Source: a virus. From it: DNA of 64,000 bases. Of the stretch, positions 26,834 to 37,342 are shown in pieces. The number at the start of each line of letters is the position of its first letter. Within the stretch, counting starts at the first letter, position 1. The stretch is from IMG/VR virus record IMGVR_UViG_3300017754_001832; one strand, 5' to 3'. Position numbers and translations under genes: made by a program. The notes under the pieces are model-generated. The model did no database searches. It was not told the origin of the DNA and saw nothing but the letters and a program-made list of their open reading frames with translations.

Positions 26834-27562
26834 TCAGTCGGGCAGCCGGAAACACTGCTCCAGCGGCTCATACGGAGCCTCTGGGATGCCCGGCTCGGTC
26901 GCCCGCACCACCGGAACCCCCAGCGTCGCGAGCTTCAGGACGACCTGCGTGAGGCTCGCGGCGAACTTCGGGTAGTTGGCGGCAAGGGTCTTGCGCTTGT
27001 GCTTGTCGTGCCACTGCGTCGCACCGTCCTTGCCCATCTGCATGTCGATCCCGAATAGGACTATTTTCCTAGCCCCGAGGTGATAGGCGAGGTTCACCGC
27101 CTGCGTCCCTGAGTCCCATCCGTGCAGGATCGAGGGCGTCGTCGAGAAGTTCCTCCGGTCACGCCAGTAGCGGAAGATGCGGGGGTGGTTCACGGTCGCC
27201 ACGTCCGAGGTCGCGGTCGAGATCGGGCCCTCGAACTTCGCGAGCACGTCCTTGCTGTTCCACTGCCACCACGAGGCGTCAGCGAAGTGCAGCCAATCGG
27301 CCCACGGCGCGATCTCGTAGCTCTGGTTCACGGCGATGCTTGCGCTCTGCTTCGCGACCGAGATGTCGAAGCCCTTCAGCGACGGCCCGCCGCCGATGAT
27401 CGACACGACCTGTCCCTCGAAGATGCGAGCGTGCGTGTGAGGCTGGATGCCTCGCGGCGCGTGCGGGTTGTGGCCTGGCTTGATCCGCCCGGCGAACGCC
27501 GCGTGCTTCTTCTCTGCCGCCGCGAGCGCCTTGCGCACTCGCCATGGAACGCCGTCCTTCAT
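26834..27562 (-). CDS. DUF115 / Maf-like (MptE-like fold) protein, paralog 2 (242 aa)
   Basis: VVSIIGGGPSLKGFD...IAVNQSY...GARKIVLFGIDMQ parallels the gene at 55645..56265. The GxGPSL motif is recalled as typical of motility-accessory-factor-type nonulosonic acid transferases. Confidence 0.5.
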   Translation of the reverse strand: MKDGVPWRVRKALAAAEKKHAAFAGRIKPGHNPHAPRGIQPHTHARIFEGQVVSIIGGGPSLKGFDISVAKQSASIAVNQSYEIAPWADWLHFADASWWQWNSKDVLAKFEGPISTATSDVATVNHPRIFRYWRDRRNFSTTPSILHGWDSGTQAVNLAYHLGARKIVLFGIDMQMGKDGATQWHDKHKRKTLAANYPKFAASLTQVVLKLATLGVPVVRATEPGIPEAPYEPLEQCFRLPD

Positions 27563-28884
27563 TACGTCACCACAAAGATCAATCCGGAGTTGGTGGAGTC
27601 GACCGCGCCGCCGCCCGATCCATCTGTCATCGCGAGAGCCATGAACAGGAAGGCCGTGCCGGGCGCCGTCGTGAAGTCGAGATCGAAGCCGTCGCTCGTG
27701 AACGCATCGAACTCCGCAGCGAGGATTCCGTCAACGGTCGGGTCGCCGAGCGTGAGCAGGCTGCCGTCGCTGTTGCTGTAGTTGATCGAGTTCGACGGGT
27801 CCACGCCGTTCTGGCTCGCCAGCGAATACATGCCCGGCTCGGCTGCGGTGTAGACCGACATGTAGCTCGTGGCGTTGTTCGCGTCCGGACCCGATGGCGT
27901 GTTGATCGTGGTCGAGCCGCCGCCGGCCAGCACGAGGATGTCAGGCGTGAAGCCGACACCCGTGTAGCTCTGCACGCCGGTCGATGTCTTGGTGAGGAAG
28001 TCGTCGAGGTGGAAGTCCACGCCGGGCGCCTTGATCGCGAGCGCCGACATGATGATGCTGGAGTGCGAGGCCGACGGCGTGACGCTGTAGCCGCTCGCGT
28101 CGTAGTCGCCGATGGTGACTTGCGCACCAAGGGTCGGAGACGTGCCTCCATTGAGGAAGACCGCGATCCGGTTGTCGAGCATGCAGAAGTTCGAGCGGTT
28201 GACCGTGAGCGTGCCAGAGCCATCGCGCCGGCCAATGCAACGCTGCGTGTTCGAGCCGTCGTTGAGTCCGATGCCGAACGTGAACAGGCCGAAGCCGGCG
28301 CTGCTCGACGAGAGGCCAGTTGCCGATCTGGCGCAGTGCGCCGCGAACACGATGTCAGGCTCGAAGCCCGGCGCGGTCTGGTCGAGAGCAGACGTGCCCG
28401 TGCCGAGGTCGATATTATTGAGGTGCGCCTGGCAGTCCGATCCGCCGAACACGATGAGCGTGAACTGCCTCGTGTTGCCGAGCGAGATCGGCGCGTTGGT
28501 GAAGTCGAGGCTCACCTCGTCCACGTCGACTCCGGTGAGGTAGACTTCCCAATTCTGACTGAAGGTGCCGCCCGTGTAGACGAGCCGGTTCTCGTATCGC
28601 GTGTTGGATGATTGGACGGAGTTTCCGTCCTGAATAATCATCTTGTGCTCGGCATGTTTCGAGGAGTCGATTGCGCTGTTGCTATCGTCCACGGCCACCG
28701 CGAAGCCGACCGACATCTCAGGCCCGGTCGAAGTGGAGAGCGCCGTGCCTGCCGTCCCGTTGGCCGGGTCGTGCGAGTTCGAGATGAGGACCACCGCAAC
28801 AGGAATCTCGCCGCCCATATCCACGGCGAAGTCCACGACGCCTTTTGCGGCCTGCGTGAAGGTGACGACTGCGACCCTTGCCAT
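27562..28884 (-). CDS. tail fibre / structural protein (440 aa) with one DSNS
   Basis: Ser/Thr/Gly/Asn-rich. Contains AVDDSNSA. Confidence 0.55.
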   Translation of the reverse strand: MARVAVVTFTQAAKGVVDFAVDMGGEIPVAVVLISNSHDPANGTAGTALSTSTGPEMSVGFAVAVDDSNSAIDSSKHAEHKMIIQDGNSVQSSNTRYENRLVYTGGTFSQNWEVYLTGVDVDEVSLDFTNAPISLGNTRQFTLIVFGGSDCQAHLNNIDLGTGTSALDQTAPGFEPDIVFAAHCARSATGLSSSSAGFGLFTFGIGLNDGSNTQRCIGRRDGSGTLTVNRSNFCMLDNRIAVFLNGGTSPTLGAQVTIGDYDASGYSVTPSASHSSIIMSALAIKAPGVDFHLDDFLTKTSTGVQSYTGVGFTPDILVLAGGGSTTINTPSGPDANNATSYMSVYTAAEPGMYSLASQNGVDPSNSINYSNSDGSLLTLGDPTVDGILAAEFDAFTSDGFDLDFTTAPGTAFLFMALAMTDGSGGGAVDSTNSGLIFVVT

Positions 28885-29807
28885 TAGCCGATCCTCGAAC
28901 CCATGAGCGTGATCGAGATGCCGAGCAGCGCACCGAGCGATGCCGGCGCGACGATGCCAAGCCGATCACCAGCGGCGAACGAAGTGGCGCTGGCGAACGT
29001 GAAGACGCCCGTCTGCGATCCGCCGTCGAACGTCAGCGTGCCGATGCTCGATCCGTTCTTCTGGATGTCGAAGGCGATGCTGGCCGAGTTGGAGTCATCC
29101 GTGGTCGGGGTCTCCGCCCACGACTGCGATCCCGTGAGGTTGATCGGCAGGATGAACGGGCGGCTCGCCACGTAGGTCACGCGGCGGTTGGCGTCGCCCG
29201 ATCCACCGACGAAGAAGAACGCGGGGTCGAGGACGCGGAGTCGACCGTAGAGGTCGTCCAGTGCGCCCTGCACCGTGGTCTCATCAGAGTTCGAGTCGCC
29301 GCCGTCGCCCGAGTTGTAGGTCACGCTCGAAGCGTCAGGCGTGCCGCCGACCGAACGGATGCGCGCATAGAGATCGTCGAGCGCGTCGCCGACGTTCGTC
29401 TCTGCCGAGTTGGAGTCTCCCGTGTCGCCCGCATCGTATCCGATGTCCGTGGCGACCAGCGTGCCCGAGCCCGCGATAGCGACCCACGCGGCGCCGTTGA
29501 AACGGTACTTCGTGGAGTCACCGATGTTCCAGACCTCCCACCCTTCGAGCGGCGTGATGTAGGACCACGCGGCGCCGAAGTAGTAGATGATCGAGTTCGC
29601 GGCTCCAGAGTTGGAGTCTTCCGCAGACAGGATGTGACGGTCGCCCTCGGTCGGGGCGTCCGGAAGCTCCGTGACGAAGCTGAAGACCACCGGCTGCGTG
29701 AGCACGGAGAGCTTGGTGAGGTCGGCTGTATAGCCGGGCCCCCAGCCATCCTCGCCGATGCTGTAGCCGACTGATAGTCCAAGACCGGGTGCGCTGGATG
29801 CGGGCAT
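28884..29807 (-). CDS. tail fibre-like protein (307 aa) with four DSNS motifs
   Basis: Repeated module GDxGDSNSxETxVxxALDDLYxRxR, plus AEDSNSG and TDDSNSA. Confidence 0.55.
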   Translation of the reverse strand: MPASSAPGLGLSVGYSIGEDGWGPGYTADLTKLSVLTQPVVFSFVTELPDAPTEGDRHILSAEDSNSGAANSIIYYFGAAWSYITPLEGWEVWNIGDSTKYRFNGAAWVAIAGSGTLVATDIGYDAGDTGDSNSAETNVGDALDDLYARIRSVGGTPDASSVTYNSGDGGDSNSDETTVQGALDDLYGRLRVLDPAFFFVGGSGDANRRVTYVASRPFILPINLTGSQSWAETPTTDDSNSASIAFDIQKNGSSIGTLTFDGGSQTGVFTFASATSFAAGDRLGIVAPASLGALLGISITLMGSRIG

Positions 29808-29809
29808 GA

Positions 29810-32119
29810 TTAGGCTCCTCCGCCGAAGGTATATCCGAAGTTGAGGCCAAAGCCACCATAACCAACTCGGATCAGAAGGTCGTGGCCCTGAATGCTTTCA
29901 TTGCCGTCCGCGTCCACCGCCTTGACGTTGACGCGGATCAGGGTCTTGCCGGCGTAGTCGTAGGGGTTGAGCACGTAGCTCTCGCCCGTGATCCCTGCGT
30001 GCGTGGCGATCAGGACATCGCTCGCGCTGTAGATGCGGACAGTGGTCGTCACCCCGGCCGGCGGAGTGAGGCCGTCGTCATCCCACCCATAGACCGTGGT
30101 CTCTTCCATGTCGCGGTTGCGGAGCGCCCATGTGATGGTGATGTCGCCGTCTGCCTCGGCCACCGCGATCAGGTCGATCTCGCCGAACCCCGTCCCGTTG
30201 GCGCGCACCTTGGCGGGCCGGATCGGATCGGTCGGACGGTTGCTGACGGTGACAGGGATCGCCGTGGCGTCGTCGATGGCGAGCGTGCCGAGCGAGGTCT
30301 TGGGCAGCACCTTGTAGTTCACCGTCTGCCCGTCAGCGAGCGCCGTGGCGTCACCGAACTGCACCGTGGATGACAGGAACCAGATTTCCGTGCCGGCATC
30401 CCACGCCTTGGGAGTGGTGTCGAGCATGCCGCGCTTCACCGTCCACACGTTGTTCGAGTCGATCTCGGACAGGAAGGCGATCTCCTGCTCGTCCTCGTCG
30501 CCGCCGATCAGCACGAAGCCGTCGATCTCCGGGCCGGTGCCTGCCGTGGCGGTGCCGAACTCGATCTGCGATTCAGACTCCGCGTCGAGCGCGTCCACCA
30601 AGGTCGAGCGACCCGTGAGCATGCGCTCGCCGAGGTTGCCATACTCCACGGTGCCGCCGAGCGTCGTCTGCTCGCTCCAGAGTTCATAGCGCGAAGTGTC
30701 GCCATCCGTCTGCGTCGCCAGGATCGCGGCGAAGCTCTCGTCAGGATCAGGGAACGCGCCCGAAAACTGCGCGATGAAGAACGCGGGCATCGTGAAGGTC
30801 TTCGTGAACGGAGCCTCGGAAGGCGTCGCGCCGTCCGTGTGCAGCGTCTCGGGCGGAGCATAGTACGCACCAACGCGGAAGCCGAAGATGTCTTCTATCA
30901 GCGTGAGCCTGATCTTCGAGTCGGTCGTCTTGCCATAGTCCACGGAGCCGATGCGGAAGATCACGCTGTAGAGGCCGAGCGCCGCGTTCGAGACCTTGAT
31001 GACGCCGCCGGGCACGATCTGCGGATTGGTCGTGCGGAAGATTTCAAGCTCGCACGTCGCCAGCGGGGCAGACGCGGTCTGCGTGTCACGCACCGCCAGC
31101 TTCGTCGCCAGGTCCGCGCTGCGCACGCCATAGTAGTCGCGGTTGTCCGAGACCACGGCGCCCTGTGCGATCACGTTGCCGAGGTCTTGCCACGAGACGG
31201 TGGCCTTGTCCTCGTTGAGCGGGTTCGTGAAGCTGACGACGATCTCGTTGATCGTCTCGCCCCATGACTTCCGCTGGAAGTTGGTGAGCTTGGCGTTCGA
31301 CTCATCGAACTCCGGAAGCGTCGCGATGTCGTAGTCTGCACGCAGGAGCTTGATGTGGAACAGGCCGTCGGCCGGGTCCGTGTAAACGGTCGCCTGAATG
31401 TGGTCGAGGACTTCGCTGATGAAGCTCTCGGGAGTGTCCTGCTCGAACCACCCCATGCTCAAACCGAAGCCCTCGTCGGTGAGGGTCTGCGCCGCGTCGA
31501 TGAAGGATGCAGTGTGGATGCCCGCAGCAGAGCCGCCCATGAGGTTCGGGTCCACGAGCACGTCGTAGATGATATGGATCGGGTTGCAGTCGTCGCCGAT
31601 CATGGCGGTGTCTGCCGGCAGCACGCCAGCGGTGTATTCGGGCTCGCCCGTCACCTTGACCCACGCGGTCTTCAGGTAGGGGTTGTTGTATCCCCACACG
31701 AAGCCGGGAAGCGTGTAGCCCGGCGTGCCCGGCACGAGCGGGATGCCGTATGCGGTGCGAACGATCTCCGTGCCACCGACGAGGGTGGCGTTGCCGGTCA
31801 TGAAGACGGAGGCGAAGCCACGAAAGCCAGGGCAGGTGTCAGTCGTCCGACCAAGGCGGGCCGCCAACTCCTCGGGGATGGTCTGCGTTTCGTCGCCGGG
31901 CAGGAAGAACACGCTGCCTTCGACGCCGCCTTCTTTCTGGTTGCCGCCGAAGAGGTCGGGCTTGTTGAGGTCGATCACCTCCATGCTGGAGATGTCGCCT
32001 TCCCATGCCAGCTTCTCGCCGAAGTACAGGCCGCGCAGACGCACCGGCCCCAGACACACCCCGAAGTGCGTCGAGAGCCGGTACTCGGCAACCCTCATCT
32101 TCTGTGACTTACCGCCCAT
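29810..32119 (-). CDS. lambda gpJ-like tail tip / host-specificity protein (about 770 aa)
   Basis: N-terminal MGGKSQK... resembles the lambda J N-terminus. Large size, and position distal to the tape-measure gene. Confidence 0.65.
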   Translation of the reverse strand: MGGKSQKMRVAEYRLSTHFGVCLGPVRLRGLYFGEKLAWEGDISSMEVIDLNKPDLFGGNQKEGGVEGSVFFLPGDETQTIPEELAARLGRTTDTCPGFRGFASVFMTGNATLVGGTEIVRTAYGIPLVPGTPGYTLPGFVWGYNNPYLKTAWVKVTGEPEYTAGVLPADTAMIGDDCNPIHIIYDVLVDPNLMGGSAAGIHTASFIDAAQTLTDEGFGLSMGWFEQDTPESFISEVLDHIQATVYTDPADGLFHIKLLRADYDIATLPEFDESNAKLTNFQRKSWGETINEIVVSFTNPLNEDKATVSWQDLGNVIAQGAVVSDNRDYYGVRSADLATKLAVRDTQTASAPLATCELEIFRTTNPQIVPGGVIKVSNAALGLYSVIFRIGSVDYGKTTDSKIRLTLIEDIFGFRVGAYYAPPETLHTDGATPSEAPFTKTFTMPAFFIAQFSGAFPDPDESFAAILATQTDGDTSRYELWSEQTTLGGTVEYGNLGERMLTGRSTLVDALDAESESQIEFGTATAGTGPEIDGFVLIGGDEDEQEIAFLSEIDSNNVWTVKRGMLDTTPKAWDAGTEIWFLSSTVQFGDATALADGQTVNYKVLPKTSLGTLAIDDATAIPVTVSNRPTDPIRPAKVRANGTGFGEIDLIAVAEADGDITITWALRNRDMEETTVYGWDDDGLTPPAGVTTTVRIYSASDVLIATHAGITGESYVLNPYDYAGKTLIRVNVKAVDADGNESIQGHDLLIRVGYGGFGLNFGYTFGGGA

Positions 32120-32309
32120 TGCGAACCCTCTTCGCTTCGACAACCTTGCGCGCGAGTGCGTCACCCGCAGCGATCAAGTCAGCCGCAGGTAATCCTTCGC
32201 GCAAAAACGCCTTGAAGTCCAATCCGTGAAGCTCGAACCATTTGCGGGCGCCCTTCACGCAGAAGCCGGCAGCCCGAATGTCCGCAATGTGTATGCGTTC
32301 TTCGGACAT
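32109..32309 (-). CDS. hypothetical protein (66 aa)
   Basis: ORF. Confidence 0.4.
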   Translation of the reverse strand: MSEERIHIADIRAAGFCVKGARKWFELHGLDFKAFLREGLPAADLIAAGDALARKVVEAKRVRNGR

Positions 32310-32557
32310 TACTTCTTCCCTCCGCCGGTCTTCACCTCGAACTCCCGCACGTTCTTATCGCCGTACCAGAGCAGGTTGATCCCCTTGACCGTGAGTGTGC
32401 CCCAGACGCGCGGCATCGGCTTCCCTGCCTCGGCGACGGGGTTCTCCAGGTCTTTCGCGGACTCTGTCTTCGGGCCCTTGGGCTTGGGCAGGATGAGTTG
32501 CGCCGCGACCGAGATCGCGATGGCGATGAGGATTTGAATGACCCACTGATATACCAT
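32309..32557 (-). CDS. small membrane protein (82 aa)
   Basis: N-terminal TM helix VIQILIAIAISVAAQLIL. Confidence 0.4.
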   Translation of the reverse strand: MVYQWVIQILIAIAISVAAQLILPKPKGPKTESAKDLENPVAEAGKPMPRVWGTLTVKGINLLWYGDKNVREFEVKTGGGKK

Positions 32558-32560
32558 GCG

Positions 32561-33439
32561 TCACCCGTATGTGTTGACTTGGCCGCCGACCGGATTCGCA
32601 ACAGGAATCCAAGGGCAGCCGCCGAAGTTGTGGATGTTCGAGTGCAGGGCCGTGCAGTGATCCATCTGGTGATTGCACCCGAGGGAGATGCGAACGGCCT
32701 GCGTGGTGAGCAACGTCGTCGGGCCCGTCATGTAGACCGTGTAGCCGTTCGACGACTCCGCCACCTCAAGCACGGTCCTGATCTCGACGTTGCCGGCCGG
32801 CGTCGTCCATTCGATGACACCGCCCTTGAAGTTCTCGATCATGCTCTCCGGTGCGAAGCCATCGGGCAGCCCAAGCTCCACGGCGTTCTCGACTACGGAG
32901 TTCGGGATCACGGTGAAGGTGGCCGCCGCCTTGTTCGCGTTGCACGCCTTCGGCCCGGTCGTGTAGAGCGTGTGCGTGCAGGTGAGTTGGAAGTTCCGGC
33001 GGAGCGCCACGCGCCGCAGCGAGGTCGCCAGAGGTTCGCACGTGAGCACGCACTGATGCGACCCATCGCCTTCGTGCTTGCCGTTGAGCACCCTGCCAAT
33101 CCAGATCGAGCGCCACTCGGTGTCCGCCTCGGACAGGTGGCCGCGCATGATGGTCATGGAGATCGGATACGACGGAGGATATGCGCGATAGAGTTGCGCG
33201 ATAGCCGCCGTCGTGGGCACGCGGAGTTCGAGGCTCTTGCGGTCGAGCGTGCCGCTCGCGCTGATCTTCCCGGCGGAGACCGGAATCGGTTCGTAGGTCA
33301 CGCCATCCTTGACGATGGCCTGCTCCGCGTCCGTGTAGCCGTACACCGAGAGAGTCCCGACACCATACCTGAAGAGGATCAGGTTGACGGGCATCCCGTG
33401 CTCGCGGCTCTCGTCATACTCGTCATAGGCGTTCGTCAT
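32561..33439 (-). CDS. tail protein with a Cys-rich C-terminus (292 aa), resembling the DUF2163 / GTA 'BR0599' tail-hub family
   Basis: Start MTNAYDEYDE overlaps the upstream stop (ATGA). C-terminus LGCNHQMDHCTALHSNIHNFGGCPW. Family assignment from memory. Confidence 0.4.
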   Translation of the reverse strand: MTNAYDEYDESREHGMPVNLILFRYGVGTLSVYGYTDAEQAIVKDGVTYEPIPVSAGKISASGTLDRKSLELRVPTTAAIAQLYRAYPPSYPISMTIMRGHLSEADTEWRSIWIGRVLNGKHEGDGSHQCVLTCEPLATSLRRVALRRNFQLTCTHTLYTTGPKACNANKAAATFTVIPNSVVENAVELGLPDGFAPESMIENFKGGVIEWTTPAGNVEIRTVLEVAESSNGYTVYMTGPTTLLTTQAVRISLGCNHQMDHCTALHSNIHNFGGCPWIPVANPVGGQVNTYG

Positions 33440-35211
33440 CAGACGATCTCCGAGTTCGATTGGTCGTCGCCATCCTTGGCGACCCACGGTTGAGTTTGCA
33501 CAGTGAAGCTGACCTGGCAAACTTCATCCGTCAGGAACTCGAAGGTCGCCTGATCGGTGGCGAAGCGCCACAGCGTCACCCAGCAAATCTTGTCGATGTC
33601 TGCGAGGTCGATGTCCTGCCCAATCGTCTCGGTGAGTTGGATGGTGCTCTGCCCTTCTCCGGTCGAGTCGAGTTCGGCGAAGATGTCCGCGATCTGCTTG
33701 TAGACGATGGTGCCGTCGAGCAGGACAATCGCGATGCCGGCGCCATAGCGCACCGGGTCTTCGGCGTAGGTGCCCGCGAAGTCGACTCCGTCCACCACAA
33801 TGATGTCGTCGCCCGAGAGCATGTCCTGCGCGGCGTCGATGTCATACTCCCACGTCGGCATGTAGAACTCGCGGCACTGGCCGGCGCAACGGAAGAAGAA
33901 CTTCCGCAGCATCTCCGATTGCTCGAAGTCGCGGCCTGTGTAGTTGAGCACGAGACGGCGCTGCTGGAAGTCCTGATCCGCGATGCGGTCCACACGACCG
34001 ACATCGAAGTTGATGAAGATCGTCGGGTGGAAGTCCAGCGTCTCGGGCGGGTCGGCCCAATTCGGCTTCTCCAGCCACAGTTCCCGGTTGTCGAACGTGT
34101 AGAGCGGCGAGGATGTGGGCTCGATTGCCTGCGTGCCCGGCCGCACGAAGAAGTTCGGCGTGATCGTCTGCACCGTGTTGGTGAGCATGTTGCCGCCCGT
34201 CTCGTCGCCAATGAAGGCCGAGAGCGCGGGGAATATCTTGGTGCCGACGGGCCACTCGATCTCGTCGTCCGACTTGAAGAGGACCAGAGGCGCGCTGTTG
34301 GAGTCCTCGCTCTGCAAGTCGATGCGGCGCAGAGACCAATTCGTTCCATCGTAGAGGATGACGTAGGCGTTGGTCTCCGCCAGCCACCACGGGATGTCGC
34401 CGTCGATGTACGCCTCAAGACCGTTCGCCGGGATCACGGCGGAGGTCGTGACATAGCGCGTCATCTCAGGAACGAAGAACCGACCGCGCTGGTTGCCGGT
34501 CATCAGGCGTTGATACTCGCGACGCTCTGCGCGCTTGAGCGCGATCTCGAACTCCAGAGACATACGCGGCGTCTGGCGATACTGGATGCGCTGCTCGCGC
34601 CCGTTCGCCGAGGAGATGACCTCGGTGCGGAACTCGTATTGGATCGTGTAGGACGACGACCAATTAGGACGGTATTCCCAGACCTGATCGGTGAGCGTCG
34701 GCGTGCGGAAGCCCGTCACGTCGAGCGTCAGGATGTCGCCGAGGTTGAAGGCCAGTGTGAAGGAGTCGGACAGGACCGTCGATCCATCGCCAAGCGCCGT
34801 GAACGCGAGGGTTTGAATCTGCAAGGCACTGAGGTTCACAGGAACCGAGCCATCGTAGGAGACCTCGGTCCCGATAGCCGGCGTCACCGTGTTGAGCACG
34901 GCGTCATCGAAGTAGGCGTTCCACACCTGCACGTTGATCGTCGTGTCCGCAGCGAAGGTGCCGTAGGCCAGTTCGCTCGGGATCAGGTAGAAGCGGAAGT
35001 AGAAGTCATCGAACATCGTGAACTGGCGCGAGCCGGTGCGCGTCTCGCCGAGTTCCTGCACCATGAAGTAGTTCGTCCCTGGTCCGAGGACAGAGGACGC
35101 CGTGTCCTCGCCATGGATGCGGGCGCCGGATTGCACGCCGCCAGCGACGCCGGTTGCAGCATTGCCCGGCGTCGTGAAGGTCTCCATGAGAGGCTGGATC
35201 GAGCTAGCCAT
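33439..35211 (-). CDS. tail structural protein (590 aa) with an internal EDSNSA and the C-terminus DDQSNSEIV
   Basis: Long ORF in the tail-tip region. Confidence 0.55.
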   Translation of the reverse strand: MASSIQPLMETFTTPGNAATGVAGGVQSGARIHGEDTASSVLGPGTNYFMVQELGETRTGSRQFTMFDDFYFRFYLIPSELAYGTFAADTTINVQVWNAYFDDAVLNTVTPAIGTEVSYDGSVPVNLSALQIQTLAFTALGDGSTVLSDSFTLAFNLGDILTLDVTGFRTPTLTDQVWEYRPNWSSSYTIQYEFRTEVISSANGREQRIQYRQTPRMSLEFEIALKRAERREYQRLMTGNQRGRFFVPEMTRYVTTSAVIPANGLEAYIDGDIPWWLAETNAYVILYDGTNWSLRRIDLQSEDSNSAPLVLFKSDDEIEWPVGTKIFPALSAFIGDETGGNMLTNTVQTITPNFFVRPGTQAIEPTSSPLYTFDNRELWLEKPNWADPPETLDFHPTIFINFDVGRVDRIADQDFQQRRLVLNYTGRDFEQSEMLRKFFFRCAGQCREFYMPTWEYDIDAAQDMLSGDDIIVVDGVDFAGTYAEDPVRYGAGIAIVLLDGTIVYKQIADIFAELDSTGEGQSTIQLTETIGQDIDLADIDKICWVTLWRFATDQATFEFLTDEVCQVSFTVQTQPWVAKDGDDQSNSEIV

Positions 35212-36281
35212 TACGCACCCGCAGAGTTCGAGTCTTCCTCACCAACAGCGTAGGCGTAGCCCACCCACAGCGAGGTCTCGAACTCTGGCGGGTTCGAGCC
35301 GCTGCCGGTCGACTCGGGCATCGTGACTTCGGAGCGGCGCGCGTGCGAGGGGAAGACCCGCCACAGCATACCGCCGACGATGATCTCTGCACCCGGCTGG
35401 AGGTCTTGCATGTGGACGTGGCGAACGCCGGCCGGGCGACCGATCGGTCGGAACTCCACATCGCCGACGATGGGGTCCGCGTTGTAGAGGTTGATCGGCG
35501 AGAGCGTGTTGAGGCTCGCGAACGGCGAGCGACCGCGTGCCAGATAACCATCGTTGATCGCGTCGTTGTAGCCGCCGATCACACCGTTCACCGGGAAGCT
35601 CAGCAGGGGCGTGCTGCTCGTCGCAGTCGAGCCCACGAAGAAGCGCCACGGGTAGGCGTTGTCCGCGTGATCCACATGCACGCCGCCACTCTCCGCCGCA
35701 GCCCTGCGGCTCTGACGGCCCGAGAAGAGGTACTTCATGTCGAGGTCGTAGTAGACTCGAGTCGAAGAGGAGTTGCCGGGTCCATCGGTGGCCGAGATGC
35801 ACTCGCCGCCCTGATAGTCGCCGACCTTCTCCATGTTGCCGATATACATGTGCCGGTAGAGGTTCGAGCCATACTCCACGATGATCGCGATGTAGGGCTC
35901 GGGGGTGAGCGCCCCGATCAGGTGGACTTGCGTCGGCAGAACGACGGCCGGCGATCCTGCACCGACGACCGGCGACGCGAAGATCGCGGAGCCCGCCTGC
36001 AATGCGGTCACAGCGGAGTTCGATTCGGAGTCGTACTGATACGCCGCACAGGTGAGGGTGTGCGTGCTGCCGGCCACCGAGGCGGTGACTTGGAACGGGA
36101 TCGCATCGCTCGCCTCGAAGGCCGAGTTCGATCCGGAGTTCGAGTCGCCGCCCTGCGGCCTGCGGAGGATCGGTTGCGTGGGAGTGGTGAGGTCCGTCTC
36201 CCATCCGATCAATGCTGCGAACGTGCCGACCAGAGCCGGCACGTCCGTAATCGCGCTGATGGAGTTTACTTGGTATGTCAC
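35211..36281 (-). CDS. tail structural protein, paralog B (356 aa) with three DSNS/SNS motifs, one at the C-terminus (EEDSNSAGA*)
   Basis: Paralogous to 36278..37342 (similar length, shared MxYQ...N start, YIGN/FIGG core). Confidence 0.55.
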   Translation of the reverse strand: MTYQVNSISAITDVPALVGTFAALIGWETDLTTPTQPILRRPQGGDSNSGSNSAFEASDAIPFQVTASVAGSTHTLTCAAYQYDSESNSAVTALQAGSAIFASPVVGAGSPAVVLPTQVHLIGALTPEPYIAIIVEYGSNLYRHMYIGNMEKVGDYQGGECISATDGPGNSSSTRVYYDLDMKYLFSGRQSRRAAAESGGVHVDHADNAYPWRFFVGSTATSSTPLLSFPVNGVIGGYNDAINDGYLARGRSPFASLNTLSPINLYNADPIVGDVEFRPIGRPAGVRHVHMQDLQPGAEIIVGGMLWRVFPSHARRSEVTMPESTGSGSNPPEFETSLWVGYAYAVGEEDSNSAGA

Positions 36282-37342
36282 GAGTTGGACTCCTCGTTCG
36301 CGATGAATGCACTGTTACTATCTTCTGGCCCGCGTGTCACGGCGAACCAATTTCCAAGTGCGGTGCGGAAGGTGTTCTGGAAGACGATGTGGACGGAGTT
36401 CTCCGCCTGGATCACATTCTCGATTGTCTGGCCTCGGCCGGGCACGCGGTAGACGCCATCCAGCACGCCGAAGGTCTGGTCGCTCGGGCTGGCCTGCGTG
36501 AGCGTGAAAGGGGTGAGCGTGAAGCTATCGCCATACGCCACCTGCTCACGCTTGCTCACGTCCTCGTAGCCGTACTCGCCGCTGCCCGAGTTCGATTGCA
36601 CAGAGTTGAGGACCGCGCCGAGCCCGAGGCCAACGCCGAAGAACGCCGGGCCGATGCAGGCCGGCGCCGACGTGTCATTCTTCGAGACCTTCAGCCAGTT
36701 GCCAGAGGGATCGAGCATCCACGCGCTCGGCATGTAGCCGCTCGACCCGGTCGACGAGTTGCTGTTGGAGAAGCAGAAGGCGGAGTGATCGTCGGAGACC
36801 GAGGAGTGCGAGGTCGACTCCGAGGAGCCGCCCGATCCACACGAGCCGCCGATGAACATCGGATAGGTGTAGACCGTGGGGTCCGCGTAGGGGAGGAAGA
36901 AGCCGGCATACATCGTCTCGTAGACCGTGCCGACCTGGACAACGATGATGAAGCGACGACCGTTCGCGATGAACCAATAGCGCATCGTGTTCGGGCGCGT
37001 GAACATCTTGACCGGATACGGGGTCATGTTGACGTGCAGGTCGTAGCTGGCAGCCGACTCCACGATGCCCGTGCAGCCGCGCATGTACCACGTGCTCACA
37101 TCGCCAGCGACGTTCGAGTCATCGCGCTTCATCGCCACATAGACAGACGCATCTGCCGCGAGGCCGGGGCCACGCAGCACGACGCCGAGAGCGGCGTCTG
37201 CGGAGTCGCTGTTGGAGTCGGAACCCCATGCGATCTCCCAATTCTGTCCGAGGGCCACGAGTTCCGCGTCCGTCGTGATGAACGAGATGAACTTGTCCCA
37301 AAGATCGGCGTGATTGGTCGCCGTGCCTGTCTGGTAAGCCAT
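36278..37342 (-). CDS. tail structural protein, paralog A (354 aa), possibly a distal tail protein, with two DSNS motifs plus the C-terminus EESNS*
   Basis: Immediately downstream of the tape-measure gene. Confidence 0.55.
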   Translation of the reverse strand: MAYQTGTATNHADLWDKFISFITTDAELVALGQNWEIAWGSDSNSDSADAALGVVLRGPGLAADASVYVAMKRDDSNVAGDVSTWYMRGCTGIVESAASYDLHVNMTPYPVKMFTRPNTMRYWFIANGRRFIIVVQVGTVYETMYAGFFLPYADPTVYTYPMFIGGSCGSGGSSESTSHSSVSDDHSAFCFSNSNSSTGSSGYMPSAWMLDPSGNWLKVSKNDTSAPACIGPAFFGVGLGLGAVLNSVQSNSGSGEYGYEDVSKREQVAYGDSFTLTPFTLTQASPSDQTFGVLDGVYRVPGRGQTIENVIQAENSVHIVFQNTFRTALGNWFAVTRGPEDSNSAFIANEESNS